Shown here: positions 1-8,791 of the stretch, in pieces | How positions within the stretch are numbered: position 1 is the stretch's first letter | Layout: each line of letters begins with the position of its first letter | Assembly: GCA_033764955.1 (NCBI GenBank) | Contig: JANRIL010000026.1 | Span: 1 to 22,930, forward strand | Origin: Cyanobacteriota bacterium | Lineage (GTDB): Bacteria > Cyanobacteriota > Cyanobacteriia > Thermostichales > Thermostichaceae | Reading direction: 5' to 3' | Length of the DNA: 22,930 nt | Translations under genes and position numbers: made by a program | The notes under the pieces: generated by a model | Databases searched by the model: none | What the model saw: the letters and a program-made list of their open reading frames with translations, nothing else | Told to the model about the DNA's origin: nothing

Positions 1-128
1 GGCGACGCCCAACCCCACTTGGAAACACCATAGCAACAGTTGGTCGGCTAGTCCAAATTGTGCGGAGTACGCCGACCCTGGCTATCATCCCGACACCGAC
101 CCTATCGGTTACGGTGCGGGGCTTCCCG
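1..128 (-). mobile_element. Non-autonomous IS200/IS605-family (TnpB-type) miniature element, left-end part, truncated by the window edge
   Basis: Minus strand reads GAAGCCCCGCACCG-TAACCGATAGGGT-CGGTGTCGGG-ATGATAG, an imperfect hairpin resembling cyanobacterial IS605 left ends. It shares TGTTTCCAAG and AGTGGGG(T/C)TGGGCGTC with the element at 3442-3855. A second hairpin GGTCGGC/GCCGACC lies at 42-77. Confidence 0.6.
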
Positions 129-146
129 CCGAGTAAGCTAACCCTG

Positions 147-503
147 CTAGGCGCTGATAGCCGATTCTAGGTAGGCTACATGGGCACGCGCCTGAATCTG
201 AGCCACCGTAAATTGGTTGGTACGCAGTTGCAGTTCAATCTGGGCGGCCTGTAATTGGTGGGAGGCAGATTGTAGCTGGAGGCGAGTACTCAAATAGGGA
301 TCCTGATGGTGCAGTTGCAGCCGACGCGCCTCCCGTTGGGTTTCCTCTGTGATCTGGGGATCCCAGGCCACAAACATCTCGATGCCCGTTTCGATGCTGT
401 CCAGCTCATCTTGCAAAGCCTGCACATAACGGCTCCACTCTAAAACCTGTAACTGTAACCGCTGAATCTCATAGGGAAATTCCGATAAGGCCAAGGATCG
501 CAT
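147..503 (-). CDS. Conserved cyanobacterial hypothetical coiled-coil protein (118 aa)
   Basis: ATG start, helical Q/L/E-rich sequence. The pattern L..FP..I...Q...IE..VA.DP....E.QR.ARR..L...D.Y...LQL..NQF.VA resembles a recurring small cyanobacterial protein (recognised from memory). Confidence 0.7.
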   Translation of the reverse strand: MRSLALSEFPYEIQRLQLQVLEWSRYVQALQDELDSIETGIEMFVAWDPQITEETQREARRLQLHHQDPYLSTRLQLQSASHQLQAAQIELQLRTNQFTVAQIQARAHVAYLESAISA

Positions 504-649
504 AGTTGATGCTCACAAAAACTTGGGTTGATTGAAAACACTTAAGTTGATAAACCTAGCAAGAGGATGAAATCTTTCCCCTTAGGTGAGGAGGCTTCTC
601 TCACTTCAGCAATCGAGCCATCACAGAAGGGTTTGGGTTGAGCCTGGGG

Positions 650-1300
650 TTAGTGGACATGAGAAGACCAAATCACTCGCCCCAACACCGCAAAGTCATC
701 GGGGGGAGCTTGAGCCTGAATGACAAAAGACTCATAGCTAGGATTGTCGCTAATCACTCGAATTTGCTTGCCAGGAAGGAGATGAAGCCGCTTGACAAAC
801 AAGCCTCCATCCAGCCGCAAAACATAAATTCCTTCCGTCACCTCAGTCATGCGGCGATTCAGCAGTACCATATCCCCCGAACAGAGGGTGGGTTCCATCG
901 ATTCGCCCCGCACATAGATCATCTCCAGGTGCTTGGGGTTAGCTCGCAGCATTTGGCGAATCCAGCCCTCATGAAAGGCCACCGAACCCACCTGAATATC
1001 TTCCTCAACCAGGGTGCCACTGCCCGCACTGGCACTCACTTCATACAATGGAATAAACACATAATCTTGCCCGGATCCCTGCTGAGGGCTACCAGGAGGC
1101 AATCCTTCACCAGTGGCTAACCAGTCCAGGCTACACTGGCTAGCTTGGGCAATCAGCACCAATTTATCCAGTCCGGGCACAGAACCCTTCAAATATTTGT
1201 GCAATAAACTGGCTGAGACGCCACAACGTTCGGCAAATTCCGCTAAGGATCCCTCCTGCATTAGCACCTTGAGTCGTTCTGGAAACCCGTTCACATGCAT
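650..1300 (-). CDS. XRE-family HTH / peptidase S24 transcriptional repressor (phage CI/LexA-like)
   Basis: N-terminal HTH (SLAEFAERCGVSASLLHKYLKGSVPGLDKL...SLDWLATG), Ala-Gly cleavage site (ASAG), catalytic Ser (GESMEP) and Lys (VKRL), C-terminal VLGRV. Confidence 0.9.
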   Translation of the reverse strand: MHVNGFPERLKVLMQEGSLAEFAERCGVSASLLHKYLKGSVPGLDKLVLIAQASQCSLDWLATGEGLPPGSPQQGSGQDYVFIPLYEVSASAGSGTLVEEDIQVGSVAFHEGWIRQMLRANPKHLEMIYVRGESMEPTLCSGDMVLLNRRMTEVTEGIYVLRLDGGLFVKRLHLLPGKQIRVISDNPSYESFVIQAQAPPDDFAVLGRVIWSSHVH

Positions 1301-1497
1301 CCCTCTCTGGATGTGGTTTTCATTGGCATGATCTATGGAGATAAGGGTGACTATGGCTGTGATTATAGAACAAATTTATCAACCTGGGTAAATTTTCGAG
1401 AGGGAAGTTGAGAAATAAGTGACATTTATTAACTCAGGTGTTTAGGCGGGGCTAGATTTTCTGCAACCTCTTGGGATCCCCGTTGGGTCTTCCCCAG

Positions 1498-2064
1498 TTA
1501 TCTATCGTGAACCTCGTTCCCCATTGCCTCTGGAGGAAGGATTGGGCTGGGGGAGGGATCCTTAGACTGCCAGAGCACCACCAAACCAATCCCAATAAAG
1601 CCAATGCCGGAGACCATTTGCAGAACTTCTGGAGCTAGCAGTTGGGAAATACCTCCCCCCAACAAAACGCTGATCAAACTGGCAGTCACGAGGGCACTGG
1701 CGGATCCCCAGAAGATCGTCCAGGGGGAGCGGGACTGGGCACTCATCAACATCGTCGCCAACTGCGTTTTATCCCCCATCTCCGCTACAAACACGGTGCA
1801 GAAAGTAATGATCACCAGTTGCCAAGCCGAATCGCCAGGTTGCTGATCGATAGGGGAGACTGGAGGTAAGAGAGAGTAAATTGGGGCTTCGGGCAGGGGC
1901 ACAGGTGGAGCAGGCAAGGCGCAGAGGGAGCGAGGGGCGGCTGTTGCCAGATAAGCCTGTCCCCATAGCAAAAAAGCAATCCCCAAACCAAGCGCCAGCC
2001 CTGCCACTAGCAGTAGCCAAACCCACAGCCAAGGGGAGCCTGAAGAAACCCGCCTGTTAGTCAT
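1498..2064 (-). CDS. TMEM165/GDT1 (UPF0016) family half-size Mn2+/Ca2+ transporter subunit with N-terminal TM and Pro-rich extension
   Basis: Single signature AEMGDKTQLA followed by hydrophobic helices. Confidence 0.85.
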   Translation of the reverse strand: MTNRRVSSGSPWLWVWLLLVAGLALGLGIAFLLWGQAYLATAAPRSLCALPAPPVPLPEAPIYSLLPPVSPIDQQPGDSAWQLVIITFCTVFVAEMGDKTQLATMLMSAQSRSPWTIFWGSASALVTASLISVLLGGGISQLLAPEVLQMVSGIGFIGIGLVVLWQSKDPSPSPILPPEAMGNEVHDR

Positions 2065-2465
2065 TGATCTCTAATCCTGAATATTTACGGCTGCCGTGTT
2101 TACAGTTGCTATCAGCAATCTTGAGTTTGCCATCTTTTGGGTGGCTAGGTTAGGTAGTCCTATGCAAGTAATGCTGCATGGTAGTGATGCAAAAAGTTGA
2201 AGATCAGGTCAATAGGGTTCTCCAGCTTTTTGAAAAAGGATAGAGTTTTTCTGACTAGCCTGCCGCATCTGAAATGACCTTCTGAGAGGAGTCAAGAGTA
2301 AACTGCCTATGGCAATTGGCGCTTCATACCGCTCTCATTAGGCAGAGGCATCATTCCCCGCAAGCAGAGCCGCTGGGTTTTGCGCGCCAGCGTAATTTTG
2401 ATCTTGAGGGTTTTATTGGCATCCTTGATTGCTGTCTCCCAGACCACCGGGATCCCCCTAGTATG

Positions 2466-2479
2466 AAGTCCGCAGCGTC
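2466..2479 (-). repeat. 14-bp direct copy of a tRNA-Leu segment (GACGCTGCGGACTT)
   Basis: aagtccgcagcgtc occurs at 2466-2479 and at 2595-2608 inside the tRNA. Confidence 0.75.
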
Positions 2480-2545
2480 AAAAAACTCTGCCATAGCATG
2501 GGGGGGATCCCCTACGCAAAGGAGGTTCTACGCATTTGGTTGGAA

Positions 2546-2628
2546 TGGGGGCGGGGAGGCTCGAACTCCCATGATCTCACGATCAACGGATTTTAAGTCC
2601 GCAGCGTCTACCATTCCGCCACGCCCCC
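2546..2628 (-). tRNA. trnL-UAA: tRNA-Leu(UAA), no intron, CCA not encoded
   Basis: Reverse complement folds as: acceptor GGGGGCG/CGCCCCC+A, D arm GCGGAATGGTAGACGC, anticodon arm GCGGA-CTTAAAA-TCCGT, long variable arm TGATC-GTGA-GATCA, T arm GGGAG-TTCGAGC-CTCCC. Confidence 0.96.
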
Positions 2629-2757
2629 TCAATGGTCACCCGCTCACCAAAAGCTCAGGATCCCTTTCGGGTGGGTTGCTCAGGTGTAAGGTATGGATGA
2701 ACTAAGATAGTAGATCTAACTGACCTCTTGGATCAACATTAATTATAGGAACGTGGC

Positions 2758-3360
2758 ATGATACCCACCGTCATTGAACAATCGGCTCGTGGTGAACGGG
2801 CGTTTGATATTTACTCCCGGCTTTTGCGGGAGCGCATCATCTTTCTGGGAACTCAGGTGGACGATACCATCGCTAACTTGATTGTGGCTCAGATGCTCTA
2901 CCTAGAATCGGAAGAACCGGAAAAAGACATCTATCTCTATATCAATTCTCCGGGGGGATCTGTCTATGCAGGCATGGCGATTTATGACACGATGCAGCAC
3001 ATTCAACCACAGGTTTCTACCATCTGCATTGGATTAGCGGCCAGTATGGGAGCTTTTTTGTTGGCAGGAGGACAAAAGGGCAAGCGCATTGCCCTCCCTC
3101 ATGCTCGGATTATGATTCACCAGCCCCTGGGGGGAGCCCAAGGTCCTGCCACTGATATTGAGATTCAAGCTAAAGAGATTCTCTATATCAAAAGCAGCCT
3201 GAACTCAATCTTGGCTGATCACACCGGACAACCCCTAGAACGGATCGAGCGGGATACGGATCGGGACAACTTTATGACCCCCGAACAAGCCAAAGCTTAC
3301 GGGCTAATTGATCAGGTTATTTCTAAGCGTCAACAGCCCATTTTAGCCGCCGTTTCCTGA
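2758..3360 (+). CDS. clpP: ATP-dependent Clp protease proteolytic subunit
   Basis: [29 protein letters not shown] start, [20 protein letters not shown] (catalytic Ser), IMIHQP (His), DRDNFM (Asp). Confidence 0.98.
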   Translation: MIPTVIEQSARGERAFDIYSRLLRERIIFLGTQVDDTIANLIVAQMLYLESEEPEKDIYLYINSPGGSVYAGMAIYDTMQHIQPQVSTICIGLAASMGAFLLAGGQKGKRIALPHARIMIHQPLGGAQGPATDIEIQAKEILYIKSSLNSILADHTGQPLERIERDTDRDNFMTPEQAKAYGLIDQVISKRQQPILAAVS

Positions 3361-3388
3361 CGGATTGGTTTGAAGATACCCTGAGATA

Positions 3389-3420
3389 GCTCCTTTCCCA
3401 TTGGAGAGAAAGGGGCTTTT
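3389..3420 (+). terminator. Putative intrinsic terminator of clpP
   Basis: GCTCCTTTC-N10-GAAAGGGGC stem (one G-U pair) followed by TTTT, about 30 bp after the clpP stop. Confidence 0.5.
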
Positions 3421-3441
3421 CTGGGGAGAAAAGGATTGCGA

Positions 3442-3855
3442 GTGACGTACTCCCGACGCCGATGCAAGGATACGGCGCGGGCTTCCCCCACGGCGCGAGT
3501 TTTACCTCTGGTTAGCCGATTCGAGCTTTTTATAGTGAGGAAGACGCCCAGCCCCACTGTTGATAGTTCTCTCAACAAAGCAGGCTTGCTTTTGAAAATG
3601 CTCTCTATTGCAACCTTGGAAACAGGGGACTTGCCGCCTTGGCCTACGGGTCGGTCAACTCCAGTTGTCGGTCGAAAGCGCACCGTATCAGGGGGAAATC
3701 AACCCTGTAATGCTTGTCCAATTTTACCAGATTGGTGGCCGCTCGCCTCCCCTCTCCGTCGCCACGCAGTTGCTCAGCATAACGTCGAGGGGGACTCGCA
3801 GCCACCCCCTTTCATCCCCTCACCGTAGCCTTTAGGCTGGGTGAGGGGCTCTCCC
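3442..3855 (-). mobile_element. Non-autonomous IS200/IS605-family (TnpB-derived) element of about 410 bp with both ends
   Basis: Left-end hairpin CCCCTCACC-C-AGCC-TAAA-GGCT-AC-GGTGAGGGG followed by ATGAAAGGGG (3848-3806). Right-end hairpin GAAGCCCGCGCCGTATCCTTGCATCGGCGTCGGGAGTACGTCAC ends in TCAC at 3442, typical of cyanobacterial IS605 right ends. No intact tnpA or tnpB. Confidence 0.75.
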
Positions 3856-3863
3856 CCAAGAAG

Positions 3864-5510
3864 CTAAGCTGTCGGTAGCTCCGTCGGCCAGAGATAAGGG
3901 TGTTGCAGATACGTCGCTTGATAGACCAAAAACGTCTGAACAATTTCCCCAGCTCGCCGCAGCGGAATTTCCCCAATTGGCTCCACCCGTTCAAAATAGT
4001 TGGCATAGGGAGGTAAGGGATCCGACTCTGGGCGATCTTGAAAGAGGCGGGAAGTGATATAGAGGGCATTTTGCCCTAGCCACTGTTGGGGTTGTGACCA
4101 AAAGGCGAACCCCCGCGGATCGGGGCTGAAACAGGTGATTGGCTTTTGGCTAATGGGAGTGAGTGCCATAGCGACTTGTCCTGCCAAGAAATAGTGGTTT
4201 GTGATAACAAAATCTGCTGATTGTAAGGCATTAGCCAACACGGGATCCTGAGAAAACCCTGCCCGTAACTGCTCAATATCAATCAATTGGGTGGATGGAT
4301 CGTCCGCTATCGCCCAAACGCCCTCCCAGGGATAGGAGTTGGGTTTCTGCAAAATTCCCGCCGAGACATGCAGCAATCCCAGGCTCAACAGGCAGGTGAC
4401 CATCACGGCAGAAGCCATCAGCCAGCGCCTCACCCCCCCCGCCCAGCGATCCCACCAGCGATCTGCTTGGTAGCCTAACAGCAGCGTGATCCCCCAAAAA
4501 CCAGGCATCGGCCAGGTGGGGAGCACTTGGCGATATCCCCCCATCAGCGTAAAACCCAGTACCACAGGTAAACAGATAGACAGAATCAAGCCCTGTTTGA
4601 GTTGCGTATCGGTGGGACGTAAGGCGCGCAATGGCCGGAGACAGCCTGCCAGCAACGCTCGTCCCGTCACCCACCAGAGAGGGATCCCTAGGCTGGGGAA
4701 CAAAAACCCTACCCCCATCCCCCAGGCTCCCAAACAAGCTAAAGCACTAAATCCGCTGGCCGGAACCGCCCGTCCCGATTGAAACCGCAGGGATATCCAG
4801 TCGTGCTGACCATTCCAGAGGAGGATGGGGGAGAGAGCCAACCCAAACAACCCCACCCCCAAGAGCGTCCAGAAGGAGGCAAGAGCAGGCCGAAAGCGGG
4901 GAGTCAAAGCACAAAACAGGACTAAACCAAAGCCCAAACCAAAGCCGTGATACTTGCCCAAACAGGCCAAGCCCACCCATCCACTAATGAGGGCGAGCCG
5001 CCAGGTTGGCTGATAGGATCCCGACTCGCTAAACGAAGAGGGCAACCCCGATCGCCGGGGGAAAAACTCAGCCGCCGCCCCAGACAGTGCCGCCGTCCAA
5101 AAAAACAGAAGCGGACTATCGGGCAGGGTCAACACCCCAAATCCCACTTGAAAAATCGGGATGATCGAGGCGATGACCAAAGTGAAGAAGCCCGCCCGTC
5201 TGCCAAATAGTTGTCTGCCCGTTTGATAGAGCCAAAACAAGGATCCCGTGTAGAGGAGAACGGATCCCAAGCGAATGGAAAAGCCTGAAACGGCTCCCCC
5301 CAGCAGCCAGGGGCCAAGAGCCGTGATCCAGGCAACCAAAGGTGGGTGGTCAAAGTAGCTGAGGGCAGGATGGAGGGTATAGAGAAAATAGTAGGCTTCG
5401 TCAAACCCAGGGTTTAGCCAAAAAGCAATGATCATTCGCTCGATCAATCCCGCTGCCAAGATCAACCAGACCCCTAACCCTGGCTGGGATGAAGCATAAC
5501 CATAAGCCAT
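3864..5510 (-). CDS. GT-C / GT39 (ArnT/PMT-like) membrane glycosyltransferase
   Basis: DEAYY, YFDHPPL, TLPDSPLLFFW and LGKYHG motifs; many TM helices; soluble C-terminal domain. Confidence 0.9.
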   Translation of the reverse strand: MAYGYASSQPGLGVWLILAAGLIERMIIAFWLNPGFDEAYYFLYTLHPALSYFDHPPLVAWITALGPWLLGGAVSGFSIRLGSVLLYTGSLFWLYQTGRQLFGRRAGFFTLVIASIIPIFQVGFGVLTLPDSPLLFFWTAALSGAAAEFFPRRSGLPSSFSESGSYQPTWRLALISGWVGLACLGKYHGFGLGFGLVLFCALTPRFRPALASFWTLLGVGLFGLALSPILLWNGQHDWISLRFQSGRAVPASGFSALACLGAWGMGVGFLFPSLGIPLWWVTGRALLAGCLRPLRALRPTDTQLKQGLILSICLPVVLGFTLMGGYRQVLPTWPMPGFWGITLLLGYQADRWWDRWAGGVRRWLMASAVMVTCLLSLGLLHVSAGILQKPNSYPWEGVWAIADDPSTQLIDIEQLRAGFSQDPVLANALQSADFVITNHYFLAGQVAMALTPISQKPITCFSPDPRGFAFWSQPQQWLGQNALYITSRLFQDRPESDPLPPYANYFERVEPIGEIPLRRAGEIVQTFLVYQATYLQHPYLWPTELPTA

Positions 5511-5513
5511 GCT

Positions 5514-6017
5514 TTAACCTAATGCCAGACCCAGTTTTAGCCCCAACAGAGCATGGGCAAACAAAATGCACAAAATCAAACTGCCCAGATAGGCATGCAG
5601 GGTGCGGAGGGTGGCTCGATTGCCCATAAATCCCGTCAGAGAGACCAACCCGTTGATGGTCAGGAGCAGCAAGACCAGCGAACCTGTCCAAAAATGAGGA
5701 CTTTCCAGCAGGGGCTGCTTTTGCATGACCAAAGACAGGATCCCGCCTGTGTAACCCAAGCCAATAAATAGACTCATCCAGGGAGCCAATTGGCGGTGAT
5801 CCAACAAACTTTTTTGAGCTAATTCTCCATCTGCTGTGGCTAAAACCCGCCCGCGCCAACCCGCTAAGCCGACAAAACTACCCATCACCAGCACGACAAT
5901 TGCCATCATTAAAGGATGTCCCCACTGCACGATGGGAGTAGGTATCCCCAATCCGTCAAACCAGCCGGCTATCGGTTCTAAAACAGCGCGCAAGGAATTT
6001 ACCATTATCTTTTCCAT
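5514..6017 (-). CDS. DUF4079 family membrane protein
   Basis: WGHPLMM, H.QLAPW, GYTGG.LSL, ESPHFWTG and LHAYLG His-containing TM helices. Confidence 0.85.
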   Translation of the reverse strand: MEKIMVNSLRAVLEPIAGWFDGLGIPTPIVQWGHPLMMAIVVLVMGSFVGLAGWRGRVLATADGELAQKSLLDHRQLAPWMSLFIGLGYTGGILSLVMQKQPLLESPHFWTGSLVLLLLTINGLVSLTGFMGNRATLRTLHAYLGSLILCILFAHALLGLKLGLALG

Positions 6018-6073
6018 GATTGCTCAAAGCTCCTCCCAATTTTGGATCCCTTTTCTCCGGCTGTCCAGGTAAC

Positions 6074-7633
6074 TCAGGGTATCTCCCCTAACCGTTGGCG
6101 GAGAGCCAGCCTTGCTTCCTCGCGGTCATCAAAGTGGATTTTGGTTTTGCCGAGAATTTGATAATCTTCGTGGCCTTTGCCGGCGATCACCACCATATCG
6201 TGGGGCTGAGCCTGCTCAATCGCCTGCCTAATGGCGGTACGCCGATCCAACTCAACCGAGTAAGGTGTCGAGGTATCCGGCAACCCCGCCAAAATATCCT
6301 GCAAAATCTGTTGGGGATCCTCGGTACGGGGGTTATCGGAGGTGATGACCACCTGATCCGCCCATGTGGCGGCAATTTTGCCCATCAGGGGTCGTTTGCG
6401 GCGATCCCGATCTCCTCCACAGCCAAACACACAAATTAGGCGGGTTTTGACTAGTGGGCGCAGGGCTTTCAGCAGGTTCTCTAGACCATCGGGCGTATGG
6501 GCATAGTCCACAATCACCCGTACATCCTGTCCCGGCAGGGTCACTGATTCCATGCGTCCGGGCACTCCAACAAAATGGGGCAACGCCGCCTGAATAGTTG
6601 GCAGATCAACCCCCCGCTCCACCACAGCCCCAATTGCCGCCAGTAGATTGGCCAGATTAAAGGTTCCGGTCAGGGGGGCTTGCAGATCCACCGATCCAAT
6701 TGGTGTATGAATCCGAGCGGTCAAATCCTGGGATCCCCACTCCACCCATTCGGGCCAGATATCGGCAGATTCTCCGGCGGTCTGGGGCTGCCCACTATAG
6801 CTCCAAACCAACCCAGAGGGATCCGCCTGCCGCAGTTGGGTGAGGAGACGGCGACCACCCGCATCGTCCTGATTGATGATGGCGCGACCCCGCCGATAGG
6901 TGGGACTAAATAGTTGCGCTTTGGCCTGCCAGTAATCTTCCATATCGGCATGAAAATCGAGGTGATCTTGGGTGAGGTTCGTCCAAACCGCCACCGCGAA
7001 GGTACAACCCCAAACCCGCTGCTGGGCAAGGGCATGGGAACTCACCTCCATCACCACCTGTTGGCAGCCCGCCTGCTGGGCAGCGGCTAACCGCTCCTGT
7101 AGTTCAAGAGCAAAGGGGGTGGTGTGATCAGCCACCTGCAATGTGTTTCCCCAACGGCTGTAGAGCGTCCCCATCAAGCCCGTGGGTTGTCCGGCGGCGA
7201 TTAGAAGGTGCTCAATCAGATGGGTGGTGGTGGTCTTGCCGTTGGTACCGGTCACCCCGATCAGCCGTAGATGGTGTCCCGGAAAGCCATAAAAAGCGGC
7301 GGCTAAGCGGGCACAGGCCACGGCTATTTGGGAAGTAGGCAAGGTTATCACCCGTGCATCGAGGGATCCCTCTGCCCCGATACTCTCCTGCGAGACGAGG
7401 GCGGCCACCGCCCCCTGTGCCAAGGCCTCTGCCCAAAACTGCCCCCCATCCACCTGGGATCCCGGCAAGCCAACAAACAGATCCCCCGCTTCTACCCGCC
7501 GCGAGTCGGTCACAATGCGCTGAATCCAGGGATCCGCTGCGGGGGGGGGGAGATGGCTCAACTCCGTTCTCAGATCGGCGAGAGCCAGCAATTCCCCTAA
7601 GCGGATGGAGGGGGGGATAACCTGTCTCGGCAT
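6074..7633 (-). CDS. murE: UDP-N-acetylmuramoyl-L-alanyl-D-glutamate--2,6-diaminopimelate ligase
   Basis: GVTGTNGKTTT, MEVSSH, TNLTQDHLDFH, DYAHTPD, GCGGDRD, DNPR (DAP specificity) and AGKGHE. Start placed at ATG 7633, which has GAGGAG 9 nt upstream, rather than 7684. Confidence 0.96.
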   Translation of the reverse strand: MPRQVIPPSIRLGELLALADLRTELSHLPPPAADPWIQRIVTDSRRVEAGDLFVGLPGSQVDGGQFWAEALAQGAVAALVSQESIGAEGSLDARVITLPTSQIAVACARLAAAFYGFPGHHLRLIGVTGTNGKTTTTHLIEHLLIAAGQPTGLMGTLYSRWGNTLQVADHTTPFALELQERLAAAQQAGCQQVVMEVSSHALAQQRVWGCTFAVAVWTNLTQDHLDFHADMEDYWQAKAQLFSPTYRRGRAIINQDDAGGRRLLTQLRQADPSGLVWSYSGQPQTAGESADIWPEWVEWGSQDLTARIHTPIGSVDLQAPLTGTFNLANLLAAIGAVVERGVDLPTIQAALPHFVGVPGRMESVTLPGQDVRVIVDYAHTPDGLENLLKALRPLVKTRLICVFGCGGDRDRRKRPLMGKIAATWADQVVITSDNPRTEDPQQILQDILAGLPDTSTPYSVELDRRTAIRQAIEQAQPHDMVVIAGKGHEDYQILGKTKIHFDDREEARLALRQRLGEIP

Positions 7634-7679
7634 GGTTTGATTCTCCTCAACACTGGAAAGGGTTTTCAGCATCACAGCA

Positions 7680-7711
7680 TTCATCTGTCCACCGCATTTG
7701 AGTTGTTAGTC
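7680..7711 (-). mobile_element. Truncated attC-like site (R'' and L'' half only)
   Basis: Minus strand GACTAAC-AACTCAA-ATGCGGTGGAC, with the TAA of the upstream gene inside the R''-like box. No matching L'/R' half was found. Confidence 0.45.
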
Positions 7712-8386
7712 TGCTTCGGCACTAGTATGCAAAGTTTTCAGTAATTGCTCGGCGACATCAATTACCTCATATACAGACTCTTGTGTAACTTGGGTTGATT
7801 GGAAGCCATGAGCAATGGCATTACGTAATGAAAGCGCATTCATCAATAACTGATACTCAGAACGCGAAATCACACCCTCAGTCACTAATTGCTTCACTAA
7901 ATAAAGCGGATCAAGTCTTTGCAAACTCAGTTCCTCAAGCTCTGCAACAAGTCTTAAAGTCGCCTCAACAAGAGACCAGGAATAGAGGATGGCTGGCTCT
8001 GGATGTTGTCTTGAAAGCTGTCTCGCTATTTGCAGTCTTGATTCTATCTCAGGTTTTTGAAGAGAGCTTTCAGCATTTAGAGAATAGGCCACGTCCTCTG
8101 GATTCGTCATCACTAACTCAAATCGCCAACCAGGATGCTGCTCTACAGATTGGGCTAGATTCTGTAAATATTGCCCAGTCGAAGAATTAAGTGAATGACG
8201 TGACTTCACTTCAATAATCACAGCTTCATTTCCCTGCCGCACAATCATATCAGGGTGATAATCCTGAAGAAAATCGGGTAGATCTTCAGGTTTTGGATGA
8301 AAAGAGATCTCATATCCTTTATTACGATATTTTTCTGCTAGTTGCAGTAATCGTTCTCTTTCTAAGTTTGCAGTTGGGGTCATCAT
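7706..8386 (-). CDS. PD-(D/E)XK restriction-endonuclease-like domain fused to a HEPN-like domain
   Basis: HPDMIV...IIEVK nuclease motif in the N-terminal half and RNAIAH (RxxxxH) in the helical C-terminal half; AT-rich. Confidence 0.75.
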   Translation of the reverse strand: MMTPTANLERERLLQLAEKYRNKGYEISFHPKPEDLPDFLQDYHPDMIVRQGNEAVIIEVKSRHSLNSSTGQYLQNLAQSVEQHPGWRFELVMTNPEDVAYSLNAESSLQKPEIESRLQIARQLSRQHPEPAILYSWSLVEATLRLVAELEELSLQRLDPLYLVKQLVTEGVISRSEYQLLMNALSLRNAIAHGFQSTQVTQESVYEVIDVAEQLLKTLHTSAEAD

Positions 8387-8791
8387 CAGATAAGCACCTC
8401 TTGATCAGGAGCGTCAATTACAACGATATGCAAGAATTCGTTTCCGCGAGAAAATCCTTCTGCTAGAGTCGAGGTCATGTTCCCTACTGTAAAGTTACCT
8501 AACAAATTGCGTTTCCTGATAAGAATATCGGTGATTTGATCATCATCAATGTAGGCCAATCCAATGATGGCGTCCTGAATTGGCTTGACGATATTGTCCA
8601 AATCTATGGCAACCGCATCATAGAAATAGGTTACTTGTAGCATGATTAAACCAGTAGCTGCTCTTTGTCCGGGCGTCCAATATTTTTCTGCCTCTTGCCG
8701 TACCACTATTTTCCAGGCTCTAAGTCGTTCACGCCTACGGGTTTGTTGTGATATTGGGTGGCCCATCCACTATGAACTCAAATTTAGTCAA
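8386..8791 (-). pseudogene. RusA-like endonuclease/resolvase, frameshifted near the 5' end (or sequencing error)
   Basis: DLDNIVKPIQDA and YIDDDQI RusA motifs. The expected N-terminus TTG-TKFEFIVDGP (from 8791) is one base out of frame with PISQQTRRR. The stop overlaps the next start (TGATG). Confidence 0.7.

Noticed and set aside
2316..2705. 129-aa plus-strand ORF
   Set aside because: Antisense to the tRNA-Leu gene, with no recognisable protein features.
3330..3835. ORFs 3330-3683 (-), 3436-3828 (+) and 3608-3835 (+)
   Set aside because: They lie within the non-coding IS605-like remnant and are too short, without RuvC or Y1 motifs.
6045..6058. Partial match (TCCCTTTTCTCC) to the predicted omega-RNA guide
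   Set aside because: Short, low-complexity and lacking the guide's 5' seed; likely chance.
7634..7684. Longer murE N-terminus from ATG 7684
   Set aside because: This ATG falls in the attC-like remnant, and ATG 7633 has a good Shine-Dalgarno sequence.
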